Shown one piece after another: positions 7,677 to 17,070 of a stretch of 64,000 nucleotides of DNA. The position numbers and the translations under genes were made by a program. The stretch spans positions 40,400 to 104,399 of IMG/VR virus record IMGVR_UViG_3300006145_000007. One strand, 5' to 3'. The stretch is from a virus. Taxonomy: Duplodnaviria > Heunggongvirae > Uroviricota > Caudoviricetes. Each line of letters begins with the position of its first letter. The first letter of the stretch is position 1. The notes below the pieces were generated by a model. It worked only from the letters and a program-made list of their open reading frames with translations, searched no databases and was not told the origin of the DNA.

Positions 7677-9110
7677 ATGGCTATGAGTTTTACACCGAGA
7701 CTGACCCGCCCAGAAGCGGGTAACAAATACTACATCACAAAGGCTGCCGGCGGATACTCGTCCGCTATCAAAGGTAGCCCAACCGACGCACACTGTGATG
7801 TCCTGTCGAACTGCGTAGGGTACGCATACGGCAGATTCAATGAAATCGCCGGAGAGGGTGCCTGTAAGTATCTGAGCCCAACCAATGCGGAGAACTTCAT
7901 CCAGTATGCGGGTGGGCTTGAAGTCGGTCAGACACCCAGGCTCGGCGCATGTATGGTCTGGCAGAAAGGCGCGACGCTGAAAGGATCTGACGGCGCAGGA
8001 CATGTCGCTATCGTGGAGCAGATCATCAGCCCCACTGAAATCATCACATCCGAGAGCGGATGGAAAGCCAAGAAACCATTCTGGACTCAGAACAGGAAGA
8101 AGGGCAACGGGAACTGGGGACAAGGCAGCGCTTACAAATTCCTTGGCTTCATCTACAACCCCGCTGTCAATGTTGTATCGACAGAGAAAGGAGATGGTGT
8201 GACGATGAAGTACACTTCTGCGAACCCACCCATGCAATGCTTCATGCGGCAGAGTACCTGGTATCGCGAAGCAGGCAAGACTACCATCAAGGGCGTACTG
8301 TGGCATTCAACAGGGGCCAACAACAAGACCGTGAAGCGCTACGTCCAGCCTGACGACAATGCTCCAGACCGGGAGAAGATACTTGAGATCATCGGTGTCA
8401 ACAAGAACGGCAATGATTGGAACCATCAGAAGCTGAAGAAGGGTGTCCACGCTTTCATCGGTACACTCGCTAATGGGGATGTGGCGGCTGTTCATGTCGG
8501 CCCGTGGGATAAGAAAGCATGGGGTTGTGGTTCAGGGAGCAAGGGTTCCTGCAATAACGGCTGGATTCAGTTTGAAATCTGTGAGGACAATCTGAATGAC
8601 CCTGTGTACTTCGAGAAAGTGTACCGTGAGGCGGTGGAGCTGACAGCTTATCTGTGCAAGCTCTACAATCTCAACCCACATGGGACTGTTACATATTGCG
8701 GTGTCAAGGTTCCTGTCATTCTGTGTCATCAGGACAGCTACCAGCTTGGGCTTGGTTCCCCCCACTCCGATGTGCTTCACTGGTTCCCGAAGTATGGGAA
8801 GAGTATGCAGACTGTTCGTGACGATGTTGCCGCATTGCTTGCGGGATCGAATGACAATACAGGGGAGGATGAAGATATGGATAATGCACGTTTCAAAGAA
8901 CTTTTCAATAATATGCGTTCTGAATGGCAGGACAATGACTGCGGGTCTTGGAGCCAGGAAGCCCGTGACTGGGCGACAAGCACCGGCCTGATTGCCGGTG
9001 GCGGGAAGATGCCGGATGGCACTCCCAACTATATGTGGGCTGACATGCTGACCCGTGAGCAGGCTGCTGCTCTGTTCTACCGGTTCGCTCAGATGATGGG
9101 TAAGGTGTAA
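7677..9110 (+). CDS. endolysin: N-terminal CHAP peptidase, central amidase_2/PGRP-like domain, C-terminal SLH-like cell-wall binding domain
   Basis: CHAP Cys/His context (..DAHCDVLSNCVGYAYGRF..GHVAIVEQI..); ..GVLWHSTGANNKTVKRYV.. and ..WIQFEICED.. amidase-like; C-terminal ..WSQEARDWATSTGLIAGGGKMPDGTPNYMWADMLTREQAAALFYRF.. SLH-like. Confidence 0.8.
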   Translation: MAMSFTPRLTRPEAGNKYYITKAAGGYSSAIKGSPTDAHCDVLSNCVGYAYGRFNEIAGEGACKYLSPTNAENFIQYAGGLEVGQTPRLGACMVWQKGATLKGSDGAGHVAIVEQIISPTEIITSESGWKAKKPFWTQNRKKGNGNWGQGSAYKFLGFIYNPAVNVVSTEKGDGVTMKYTSANPPMQCFMRQSTWYREAGKTTIKGVLWHSTGANNKTVKRYVQPDDNAPDREKILEIIGVNKNGNDWNHQKLKKGVHAFIGTLANGDVAAVHVGPWDKKAWGCGSGSKGSCNNGWIQFEICEDNLNDPVYFEKVYREAVELTAYLCKLYNLNPHGTVTYCGVKVPVILCHQDSYQLGLGSPHSDVLHWFPKYGKSMQTVRDDVAALLAGSNDNTGEDEDMDNARFKELFNNMRSEWQDNDCGSWSQEARDWATSTGLIAGGGKMPDGTPNYMWADMLTREQAAALFYRFAQMMGKV

Positions 9111-9114
9111 TACC

Positions 9115-9471
9115 ATGACCATCAAGATTGAGCGCGGGAGGAAGAAGCCCAGGCGGCGTAAGAAGAAGCGTCCAAGCATCGGGTTCACCAACCGGCTCGC
9201 TCTCTACCTCATGATGTTCCTGTTGGCGGGTCTTGTTGGTGGGTTCATCCTCGCTTGGAGGAGTATTGAGTTCCAGTATATGGGCGCTCTCGCGTGCTTC
9301 ACCGTGGTGTTTACCCCGGTGGGTACGGCAATCGGTATCGTGCTGAACAGCATCGTACATAAGAGCGACCATGAGAACACCGGCGCTGACGGTGAGGGAA
9401 TCAAGTTCGCCGCTGCAAAGGCGACAGGATTCGTACAGGATGATGTGGTAGAGGACAGCCCTGCAATATAA
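9115..9471 (+). CDS. membrane protein with basic N-terminus and two TM helices (lysis accessory / class II holin-like)
   Basis: MTIKIERGRKKPRRRKKKRP followed by LALYLMMFLLAGLVGGFILAW and ALACFTVVFTPVGTAIGIVL. Confidence 0.45.
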   Translation: MTIKIERGRKKPRRRKKKRPSIGFTNRLALYLMMFLLAGLVGGFILAWRSIEFQYMGALACFTVVFTPVGTAIGIVLNSIVHKSDHENTGADGEGIKFAAAKATGFVQDDVVEDSPAI

Positions 9472-9488
9472 CTTAGGAGGAAACGAAT

Positions 9489-9845
9489 ATGGAACACTAT
9501 ATGCAGCTTATTGTTTCTATCCTCGCAGGTCTGGCGACCGCTATTCCTCTGGCTATCAAGCTGGTGGAGTATGTCCGTAAGGCCGTGAAGGAAAAGAATT
9601 GGCCAGAGGTTGTAAGCCTTGTTATCGAACTGATGTCAGAGGTTGAGGGTAAGATGGAAGTCGGGGCGGATAAGAAAACGTACGTCCTGGCGGTGTTGAA
9701 AGCCTCTGCTGATACTATCGACTATGACCTGGATGAAAACGATTATAAGAAAATCGGGGATCTTATCGACAGTATGTGCGACATGAGTAAAGTTCTGAAT
9801 GCGAACAAGTCTGCTGCCGCTAACGGAAAGAAGGAGACAATGTAA
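9489..9845 (+). CDS. holin, LL-H / phi-LC3-like family
   Basis: RBS AGGAGG at 9474-9479; single N-terminal TM (LIVSILAGLATAIPLAI) then charged helical tail typical of LL-H holins; follows the endolysin. Confidence 0.6.
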   Translation: MEHYMQLIVSILAGLATAIPLAIKLVEYVRKAVKEKNWPEVVSLVIELMSEVEGKMEVGADKKTYVLAVLKASADTIDYDLDENDYKKIGDLIDSMCDMSKVLNANKSAAANGKKETM

Positions 9846-9864
9846 CTTTCAGGAGGTATGCAAC

Positions 9865-10317
9865 ATGAATCTCGGAGAAATCGCCGGGTGGAGTGGGGGT
9901 GCATTGCTCTTGCTCCTCACGTTTGTCCAGATTGCACCAATCAAGATTAACCCGTGGTCTGCTATCGTGCAGAGCATCGGGAAGGCACTCAATGGGGATG
10001 TGCTAAAGAAGCTGGATGTTCTTGAGGAAGGCCAGTTAGAAACCAGGAAGCGTTTGGATAAACATATCCGGATCGACGATGATCGCAATGCAGATACACA
10101 TCGTTCCCGGATCTTACATTTCAACACGGAACTGCTCCGTGGTAATAAGCACACGCGGGAAGACTTTATCGAAGCTCTTGCGGAGATTGACTTTTACGAA
10201 CGATACTGTCGGGAACATCCAGACTATGAGAACAACCGCGCAGTTCTCGCCATCGAGAACATAGAACGTGTGTATAAGAAACTTATGGAGAACGGCGGGT
10301 TCTTGCAAGAGACCTAA
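9865..10317 (+). CDS. membrane-anchored protein (N-terminal TM), putative lysis regulator
   Basis: RBS AGGAGG at 9851-9856 and ATG 9865; TM GGALLLLLTFVQIAPI; ORF-track start at 9799 is probably too early. Confidence 0.45.
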   Translation: MNLGEIAGWSGGALLLLLTFVQIAPIKINPWSAIVQSIGKALNGDVLKKLDVLEEGQLETRKRLDKHIRIDDDRNADTHRSRILHFNTELLRGNKHTREDFIEALAEIDFYERYCREHPDYENNRAVLAIENIERVYKKLMENGGFLQET

Positions 10318-10371
10318 AATTTGGGGGTCACCTTTTACGAGGTGGCTCCCATTTTTTTGCGAAAAAAAATA

Positions 10372-10400
10372 AGGCAGGACTGAATGACTCAGCCTGCCTT
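10372..10400. terminator. strong symmetric stem-loop (AAGGCAGG..CCTGCCTT) after the lysis genes, preceded by T7GCGA8 palindrome; bidirectional terminator candidate
   Basis: 8-bp GC-rich stem plus extended inner pairing read directly; lies between convergent lysis module (+) and int (-). Confidence 0.5.
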
Positions 10401-10545
10401 ACTCTGGTTGCCTACTTATAACAGCGCTCCATGCACTGGAACGATCTTATAAATGGGCACAACTATGTAATCACTCATGCCTCTGATGAGTGACCCAAAT
10501 CTGTGTTGGTGTTGTATGAGACTCTCCCCTCTGGACGACACAAAG

Positions 10546-10566
10546 TTGACACAGTTTTTGACACAG
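10546..10566 (+). promoter_or_regulatory. two direct TTGACACAG repeats (arm-type integrase binding site candidates, distal arm of attP)
   Basis: Exact 9-mers at 10546 and 10558 spaced 12 bp apart. Confidence 0.45.
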
Positions 10567-10761
10567 ATTTGCATGGAATTATGGGGAGCTTTGTGGATTT
10601 ACATATCTGAAATGTTTTGAAAAACGAGATATGTTGGGCTTTATTGAGCTATATGTGGGTATGAAAAGTTCGGAAGTCCCACGATGCCAAGTTTCATAGT
10701 TAACTTCAGCTCCTTCAAAAGTCCTGATTTTTCAAGGGGTTCGGGGTTCTGTCATTCGGTG

Positions 10762-10792
10762 TTGACACAGAATTGACACAGTTTTGACACAG
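10762..10792 (+). promoter_or_regulatory. three direct TTGACACAG repeats abutting the int stop codon (arm-type sites, proximal arm of attP)
   Basis: Exact 9-mers at 10762, 10773 and 10784, 11-bp phasing; same motif as the 10546-10566 cluster 215 bp away. Confidence 0.5.
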
Positions 10793-10794
10793 TT

Positions 10795-11985
10795 TCATAG
10801 TGAGACCGTCTGTCTGTGCTGCTCGAACTGCCTGACCCCGGCTGCCAAAGACTCGTCTGTGACATGGACGTATCTGTCCATGGTGGTCTTGATGCTGGCA
10901 TGTCCCAAAAGTTTTTGAAGGGTCTTGGGCTGCATACCAGACTCGATGCAGCGCGTGGCATAGGTGTGCCTGAGCGCGTGCATACAGAACCGTGCGATAC
11001 CGTTTTCATCACAGACTTTATAGATGTGCGTGTCGTAGCTGCTGTTCTTTGTCGGCATCCCTGTGCGGAAGTTCAAAAACACCAGCTCCGCCATAGCAAA
11101 CTCTCTCTCGTCGCCTGTGCGCCGGTCGATGTACGTCAGCCGTTCTGACAGGGACGGAGACTGCTTGCGAAATTCTTTTGTGGCTTGGACGGCTCTTAGG
11201 ATGTCATAGGCTCGATCTGTCATCGGAAGTGTGCGGTAGCTTGCTACGGTCTTGGGCGGCCCAGCTCTCCATTGCCCCTGCTTGTGACGGTACTCCAGCG
11301 TCTTGTTGACTGTGAGCGTGCGCTTCTCCCAGTCGATTGCGTCCCACGTCAGACCAATCATCTCACCGGTACGGAGTCCAGTCTCCAGAACGAGAGCATA
11401 CTGGAAGTAGTTGTGGGTACTCCTGCACGCCTCCAGGAACCTGTCCTGTTCTTCCACGGTCAGGAAGTGAATGTCGTCTACGGCGCGGACAGGCTTTGTA
11501 TAACGTACCCCGTCCATAGGATGCACGCTTATCATCCCATTCATCTTTGCCGCCTTGAACATAGACCCCATAGCGATGTACGTCTGACGGATAGTTGATC
11601 CTGCATAGTCGGCTTCCATCCGGTTGAGTATCATCTTGCAGTGCATGGGTTTGACATCTGACAGCTTCATTGCGCCGATGACTTCCTTGATGTTGTGACA
11701 GTACCGTTCCCTATAGTTCCGCTTCGTGTTTGGTGACAGACCGCCGAGGAGTTGGTCATGCCAAAACGAAAACCACTCGTCTACCGTCATGCTGCTTGAG
11801 ACAACGGGCGTCCCATGTTTCTCCTTATACTTAACTTCCTCTAACCAGTTGCGAGCGTCTGGGAGGGAGCGGAAGTATTTCTCAAACAGTCCACCCGTCT
11901 TGCTCTCGTACCTTACATAATAGCGCCCATCCTTTCTCTGACATATTCCTTTGCCACATTCTTTGCCTTTAAGGTTTTTGCCCAT
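10795..11985 (-). CDS. int: phage integrase, tyrosine recombinase (lambda/P4-like)
   Basis: N-terminal arm-binding-type domain; catalytic ..HALRHTYATRCIESGM.. box and ..LLGHASIKTTMDRYVHV.. tyrosine. Confidence 0.9.
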   Translation of the reverse strand: MGKNLKGKECGKGICQRKDGRYYVRYESKTGGLFEKYFRSLPDARNWLEEVKYKEKHGTPVVSSSMTVDEWFSFWHDQLLGGLSPNTKRNYRERYCHNIKEVIGAMKLSDVKPMHCKMILNRMEADYAGSTIRQTYIAMGSMFKAAKMNGMISVHPMDGVRYTKPVRAVDDIHFLTVEEQDRFLEACRSTHNYFQYALVLETGLRTGEMIGLTWDAIDWEKRTLTVNKTLEYRHKQGQWRAGPPKTVASYRTLPMTDRAYDILRAVQATKEFRKQSPSLSERLTYIDRRTGDEREFAMAELVFLNFRTGMPTKNSSYDTHIYKVCDENGIARFCMHALRHTYATRCIESGMQPKTLQKLLGHASIKTTMDRYVHVTDESLAAGVRQFEQHRQTVSL

Positions 11986-12069
11986 TTTAGAAACTCCTTC
12001 CCGGCGAACGAGGGAAGAGTCTCATACAACGAATTGTATTGTAGCATATCGGACATTTTTTCTCAAGAG

Positions 12070-12273
12070 TCAAATCATCAACTTATCACTGATGAATTGC
12101 TCAAACTCCCTCCTCTTCACCAGTTTTTTCGTGCCAACAAATAGGACGAACGGGCATTCAGGTTTCTTCAACATGCTGTCGATCTTGTTGATCCCTATGT
12201 TGCTGTACTCTGATGCTTCGCGGATCGTCAACGCTAACTTGAGATTGATTGGCACCTTCTCTTCATGATCCAT
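12070..12273 (-). CDS. xis: excisionase / MerR-like HTH DNA-binding protein
   Basis: 67 aa, ..LTIREASEYSNIGINKIDSML.. helix-turn-helix; immediately upstream of int on the same strand. Confidence 0.6.
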   Translation of the reverse strand: MDHEEKVPINLKLALTIREASEYSNIGINKIDSMLKKPECPFVLFVGTKKLVKRREFEQFISDKLMI

Positions 12274-12345
12274 TACCTTCCTCCTATGTAGCAGCAGAGC
12301 TGCCGTCGTCTAAGACAGCAGCCCTGCTTTTGCGATAGTGCTTCA

Positions 12346-12855
12346 TCAACGGCCCGTAGAGCCCATACCGCCGTCCCTGACGGCCTTTGCGTCGTCGTTG
12401 TATGTAATCCCATACGGGATAAAGATCGCCTGCATAAAGCCATCTCCGGCGTTTACACACAGGGTTTTGTTCTCCCGTGTGTCGTTGGTAATCTTGATGA
12501 AGATGTGACCCTCATTCGAGGAGCCGTAGTAATCTTCATCGATCACGCCCACCGTGTTGTCAAGTTGAATGCGGTACTTGAACCCCATGCCGCTGCGCGG
12601 GAGGGCGGCGAGCCACCACCCGGAATCGATCTTCACACGGATACCTGTCGGCACCTTGATCGTACAGCCCGGCGCCAAGTCAAACCTGATTGGTGACTTG
12701 AAGTCGTATCCAGCCGACCCTGACGTTGCCCTTGTCGGCAGCTCAATGCCGTCGTACAAATCACGGATAACACTGTCATCCATGCTGAAGCAGTCTTTGA
12801 TGGCGGTATAGAACTGCTCATAGCTTACCTTTTCAAACTTACCTACTCGCTCCAT
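12346..12855 (-). CDS. dut: dUTP diphosphatase
   Basis: Trimeric dUTPase motifs ..AGYDF.., ..RSGMGFK.., ..GVIDEDYYG.., C-terminal ..GGMGSTGR. Confidence 0.85.
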   Translation of the reverse strand: MERVGKFEKVSYEQFYTAIKDCFSMDDSVIRDLYDGIELPTRATSGSAGYDFKSPIRFDLAPGCTIKVPTGIRVKIDSGWWLAALPRSGMGFKYRIQLDNTVGVIDEDYYGSSNEGHIFIKITNDTRENKTLCVNAGDGFMQAIFIPYGITYNDDAKAVRDGGMGSTGR

Positions 12856-13213
12856 TGTCTTCCTCCATGTATTCTATGTGTGCCGTGCTAAGGCGAAACA
12901 CTGTATCGTGAGGGAGTTGCTTCACATACAGTATGCGATGGAACCTGTGCCCTCTGATATTGTTAATGGACGCGCTTATGAACTTGATATAGCTCCCATT
13001 ATTGAACGTGATGAACTGGTCATTCGACCTGTTGATATGCCCGTCAACAGCGGAGAGCATTTCGATATCTTCTTTGATCAGGTCGTATGCTTCTGCGCAG
13101 GCACACTTCGCGTCCGCGATAGTACGTGTGACTATACCAACATGGTATCCTGGTTTGTTCACACACGTCCTGATTGCCTTGAGCAAATCAAGGAAGCTGT
13201 ATTCCGCTATCAT
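12839..13213 (-). CDS. hypothetical protein
   Basis: 124-aa ORF overlapping neighbours by a few codons (operon-like packing). Confidence 0.4.
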   Translation of the reverse strand: MIAEYSFLDLLKAIRTCVNKPGYHVGIVTRTIADAKCACAEAYDLIKEDIEMLSAVDGHINRSNDQFITFNNGSYIKFISASINNIRGHRFHRILYVKQLPHDTVFRLSTAHIEYMEEDNGASR

Positions 13214-13515
13214 TTATCCATCATCTTCTTGATGACATGGTAGATGACATTGCCAAGGAGCGCGCCGGCTGTAGCAGTCAGGAGCGTTTCCAGCGGAGAC
13301 ACCACGATGACGCTATCCAGGTCAACACCATACTCCACACCGTCTTCACCCTCATTGTATACAGTAGTGGTACAGGGCGGCGTCGGGTCACTAAAGGAAG
13401 TGACAGAGTGGATCTTTGTCACCCTGCCGTTCTCGTTGTATTGGTACTCAGTATCCGTGGTAGTTGTCGGTTGTACGATACACATATCAGTTCTCCTTTT
13501 TTTACACAATCCCAT
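13210..13515 (-). CDS. hypothetical protein
   Basis: 101-aa ORF with ATGA-type overlap to the downstream gene. Confidence 0.35.
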   Translation of the reverse strand: MGLCKKRRTDMCIVQPTTTTDTEYQYNENGRVTKIHSVTSFSDPTPPCTTTVYNEGEDGVEYGVDLDSVIVVSPLETLLTATAGALLGNVIYHVIKKMMDK

Positions 13516-14101
13516 AGCTCCCGTATGGGCATTTTACTCTTCTCAGGATGTCGCTCGCGAGAGTGTCATAATCCTCTTTGCAGCCATCGTATTGCGCGCA
13601 AACAACACCATGGTCGTCCAGGAACGCGTGCATTACGTTGGACAGTTCGTCACTCTCGGCTTCAGTCTGGAACCGGCCAGACGGGTTGTAGGGCTTTACC
13701 CTATTGATGAAAACATTCATGGAGTCGTAGGAGTTGAACACCTTCATGATCAGCGCGTCGAACTCCTTGCCAAGAACTTCATCATTTGCGTAGAAACTTG
13801 ACAGCAGAATTGGAGAGTCGGTGATGACCACATCCACTTTACCTTGGACACGGCTGATGCGGAAATACTGCTTACCGAAGATATATGCTTGGTTTTGGAA
13901 TACGGCCTTACTTTCCTCCCACACTTTGTCCTTTACGAACTCAGTTACCAGTTCTGCATTGATGCCGGCCATTTTGAGCTTGGAGAATATGTAGGCCGCG
14001 CCGGTTGATTTGCCGGCGCCGGGAGCGCCAAAAAGATTTACAACAAGCATTTGTCTGCCCTCTTTCTTCATTTCGTTTTCACATACAGCCCACAGTGGCA
14101 T
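13502..14101 (-). CDS. P-loop NTPase, predicted nucleoside/nucleotide kinase
   Basis: Walker A ..LFGAPGAGKST.. and Walker B-like ..VVITDSP..; sits inside the nucleotide-metabolism block. Confidence 0.55.
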   Translation of the reverse strand: MPLWAVCENEMKKEGRQMLVVNLFGAPGAGKSTGAAYIFSKLKMAGINAELVTEFVKDKVWEESKAVFQNQAYIFGKQYFRISRVQGKVDVVITDSPILLSSFYANDEVLGKEFDALIMKVFNSYDSMNVFINRVKPYNPSGRFQTEAESDELSNVMHAFLDDHGVVCAQYDGCKEDYDTLASDILRRVKCPYGSYGIV

Positions 14102-14262
14102 GTGCCACTTTCCATCTCACGGAACTCTCTGCACATACACTTGGTGTCATCTGTTCTCACCAAAGAGCATGGGCAGTATCCTCCGTTTTCCTTGAGCTGT
14201 TTACGAATCTCCTCCACAAGTTTGCTGTCTGTGTTAACTCTGATACTCATGGCAATCCTCAC
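14068..14262 (-). CDS. small Cys-rich protein (ferredoxin-thioredoxin-reductase-like CPC..C.C..C.CG motif)
   Basis: 64 aa with ..YCPCSLV..CMCREF..CHCGLY..; adjacent to NrdG/NrdD. Confidence 0.35.
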   Translation of the reverse strand: MRIAMSIRVNTDSKLVEEIRKQLKENGGYCPCSLVRTDDTKCMCREFREMESGTCHCGLYVKTK

Positions 14263-14603
14263 TCTTTCCCGTAATTTTCTCCTTCAGCCGCAGCCTTCTC
14301 CATCTCGTTGCGAAGTTTGTCACGGTAATACTGATGGATGCCCATCTCTCCGTATCTCTCTGCTTCGATATCGACCCACGATTTTGCTGTCAGATGTATG
14401 ATTCCCTTTTTCTCCACGTTGTCCATATAGGAAGACGCGATGATATACGGGTAGTACGGTACGCAATCCGCACGGCAACGGAGCTCAAGCGGTTCGCGGC
14501 TGTCGCCTACATACACCTTGCTGTTTAAGATACAGTCAAGACCGAAGATATCAATCTCATCGAAGAAGTCACACTTACCTGAGAACCCGCTCATGATTTT
14601 CAC
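14259..14603 (-). CDS. hypothetical protein
   Basis: 114-aa ORF, overlaps the downstream gene by 4 nt. Confidence 0.4.
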   Translation of the reverse strand: MKIMSGFSGKCDFFDEIDIFGLDCILNSKVYVGDSREPLELRCRADCVPYYPYIIASSYMDNVEKKGIIHLTAKSWVDIEAERYGEMGIHQYYRDKLRNEMEKAAAEGENYGKE

Positions 14604-14615
14604 CCCTTATATTCG

Positions 14616-15101
14616 TTATGAAATTCGCTCTGCGTACTGGTTGTCACTGGCGAGAGTTACCCCCAGTATCTCGTCATATCTGCTTTGCCTGTTTGGGATG
14701 TAACGACCAAACTTGATGATGATATTATTGAACCCCTTGAGAACATCGAGCGCGTCTTTGATCTCGTCAGGGTAGTATCCGGTGTAAATCACCACGTCGT
14801 CGTCACACATAAACTCTGTGCGTAGCAGATATATGAAATGCTGAAGTTCCTCGAATTGCTCGAAAGGTTCCAACCCTCCAAATATGACTGCGTGTGTTAC
14901 CGGGTTATTGATGTACCGTTTGCACAGGTCACGATCGTCTAAAAAGACGGGGGCGCGTGAGCGCCACCCGTCATTTTGACATACCGACAGAGGGATACCG
15001 GCTTCGATACAGCACTTCCCTCCGCAGGAGATTGTGCCGATAAACATAGCCGGGGTGTGGTAATCATCAAACCTTTCGTCGATGACTGTCTTCATCCTCA
15101 T
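14616..15101 (-). CDS. nrdG: anaerobic ribonucleotide reductase activating protein (radical SAM, NrdG-like)
   Basis: ~160 aa, Cys cluster ..ISCGGKCCIEAG.., ..IFGGLEP.. glycine-rich SAM motif; directly downstream of nrdD with stop/start overlap. Confidence 0.6.
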   Translation of the reverse strand: MRMKTVIDERFDDYHTPAMFIGTISCGGKCCIEAGIPLSVCQNDGWRSRAPVFLDDRDLCKRYINNPVTHAVIFGGLEPFEQFEELQHFIYLLRTEFMCDDDVVIYTGYYPDEIKDALDVLKGFNNIIIKFGRYIPNRQSRYDEILGVTLASDNQYAERIS

Positions 15102-16948
15102 TAGAGCTGCACCCTATCTGAGAACTCAGCCTTCTTCCCGCGATTGAAGTTGTCCACATCGCGGAGATAGCCTGTGATACGCTGGTACTTTCTGAGCCGC
15201 TTCTTGCAGTACGGGCATTTGTCAACCCTCTCCGCAATATAGCCGTGGTCGTCGCAGTACCGTGAGATGGGGGACAGACTCATGTACGGAACCTTATAAT
15301 TCTCGCACATCGCCTTCACGATAGCCTTCGCCTGTTCACCGCTGATTGCACCGTTCTCCCAGATGTGGATGACAGTGCCGCCGGTGAACTGAGTCTGCAG
15401 TTCCTCCTGGTGCTTGAAGGTGCTATCGATACCCTCAATCAGTTTGACGGGGATGTGACAGCTATTGGTATAGTAGCAGTCGAGGCCGCTGCCCTGTGTG
15501 ATGATGTCCGGGTAGAGCTTACGGTCAGCCAACGCGAAGCGGTAGCAGGTGGACTCAGCCGGCGTTGCTTCATAGTTGTAGAGGTGACCGGTTTCCTCCT
15601 GGTAGGCCAGCAGGCGGTTGCGAATGTGGTCGCCCACCTCGACACAGAACTGCTTGGCGTCAGGATCGAGGATGTTCTTGCCCATGAAGTTCTCACACAT
15701 CTCGTTCATGCCACACACACCGATGGTGGAGAAGTGGTTATTGATGGTGCCAACATACTCCATGTACGCCGGGATCATATGCGTGTTGATGATCTCCGTC
15801 TGGAGCCACTGGCGCTTGATCTCAAGGCTGTCCCTTGCGATGTCAAGATACTTGTCCAGCTCCTTGAAGAACGACTCCTTGTTCCCCTTGTTCTCGTACC
15901 CGAGCCTTGGGAGATTCAGAGTCACGACGCCGATTGACCCAGTGGAGTCGCCGGCGCCAAACAGGCCACCGTTGCGGTGGCGCAGCTCAGACAGGTCAAG
16001 CCGCAGACGGCAGCACATAGAGCGCACGTCAGAGATATCCAGGTCGCTGTTGATGAAGTTCGTAAAGTACGGGGTGCCGTACTTGCCGGCCATCTCCCAC
16101 AGCATTTCGTTGTTCGGGTTCTCCCAGTCGAAGCGCTCGTGAATGTTGTATGTCGGGATGGGGTAGGCGAACAGCTTCCCATCCGCGTCACCGTTCAGCA
16201 TGATCTCGAAGAAGACACGGTTGAGCAGATCCATCTCCTGCTGACATGATCCATACGTGAAGCTCTGGAGCTTGCCGCCCACGATGACATACTCGTCAAG
16301 CATGTCCCTTGGCGGGGTCAGGTCAAAGGTGATATTAGAAAACGCCGGCTCTGCGCCGGCGCGGCTGTTGGAGTTGATACTGAAAATGAAGTTCTGCATG
16401 GACTGCTTCACTTCATCGTATCCGATCTTGTCCGCCTTGATAAACGGGGCGAGCAGAGTATCGAACCCGTTCAGTGCAACGGCGCCCATGATCTCGTTCT
16501 GGAAGATGGTCACCAGATTTGCAATCTGATTGAGTACGGAGTCGAAGTGCTTCGCCGGCGCTGAGGTCGGAACGCTCGGGATGTGCCGCACACCCTTGAG
16601 CAGGATATCCTTGAGGGAGTAACCCACACAATAGAGCGTCAGGCCGCCCAGGTCATGAATGTGGATATGCCCATCGACATATGCCTGCGCGATGTATTCG
16701 GGGTACACCTCACGAAGCCAGTAGTCCTTACTAACCTCTGAGCCGATGTACTTGTTCATCGCGCCGAAGCTGTATGGTGCGTTGGAGTTTTCCTTAACTC
16801 TCCAGTCCTTCTTCTCCAGATAGGACTCAACAATGTTCTTGCTACTTTTCATCTGATGCCTCCTTATATGTATTTGCCCAGTTGATTGCTGCGCCGCAAT
16901 CATAAAGCTGCCCATCCACAGACAGCACCGGGACTTTTGTAATTCCAA
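15101..16948 (-). CDS. nrdD: anaerobic ribonucleoside-triphosphate reductase (class III RNR)
   Basis: 615 aa; C-terminal glycyl-radical motif ..RITGYLR.. preceded by Zn ribbon ..CDDHGYIAERVDKCPYC.. Confidence 0.85.
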   Translation of the reverse strand: MELQKSRCCLWMGSFMIAAQQSTGQIHIRRHQMKSSKNIVESYLEKKDWRVKENSNAPYSFGAMNKYIGSEVSKDYWLREVYPEYIAQAYVDGHIHIHDLGGLTLYCVGYSLKDILLKGVRHIPSVPTSAPAKHFDSVLNQIANLVTIFQNEIMGAVALNGFDTLLAPFIKADKIGYDEVKQSMQNFIFSINSNSRAGAEPAFSNITFDLTPPRDMLDEYVIVGGKLQSFTYGSCQQEMDLLNRVFFEIMLNGDADGKLFAYPIPTYNIHERFDWENPNNEMLWEMAGKYGTPYFTNFINSDLDISDVRSMCCRLRLDLSELRHRNGGLFGAGDSTGSIGVVTLNLPRLGYENKGNKESFFKELDKYLDIARDSLEIKRQWLQTEIINTHMIPAYMEYVGTINNHFSTIGVCGMNEMCENFMGKNILDPDAKQFCVEVGDHIRNRLLAYQEETGHLYNYEATPAESTCYRFALADRKLYPDIITQGSGLDCYYTNSCHIPVKLIEGIDSTFKHQEELQTQFTGGTVIHIWENGAISGEQAKAIVKAMCENYKVPYMSLSPISRYCDDHGYIAERVDKCPYCKKRLRKYQRITGYLRDVDNFNRGKKAEFSDRVQL

Positions 16949-17060
16949 GAGAGAGCATCTTTTCGACGGAGGTTTCCTCCGTGTATTGGATCTTCTTCTC
17001 GTCCAGCAATGCTTTGAGCGCCCTACAGTTTGGACACCCAGTGGTATACATCGTGACCAC
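16842..17060 (-). CDS. nrdH: glutaredoxin-like protein NrdH
   Basis: 72 aa thioredoxin fold with CPNC active site (..MYTTGCPNCRALK..). Confidence 0.7.
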   Translation of the reverse strand: MVTMYTTGCPNCRALKALLDEKKIQYTEETSVEKMLSLGITKVPVLSVDGQLYDCGAAINWANTYKEASDEK

Positions 17061-17070
17061 CTTGTATCAC

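Noticed and set aside
10320-10440. tRNA gene or host-derived att core at the lysis-int junction
   Set aside because: No T-arm or D-arm consensus here. The strong palindrome at 10372-10400 is better explained as a bidirectional terminator.
15365-16249. + strand ORFs of 190, 174 and 90 aa inside nrdD
   Set aside because: Antisense to a strongly conserved class III RNR gene. No motifs.
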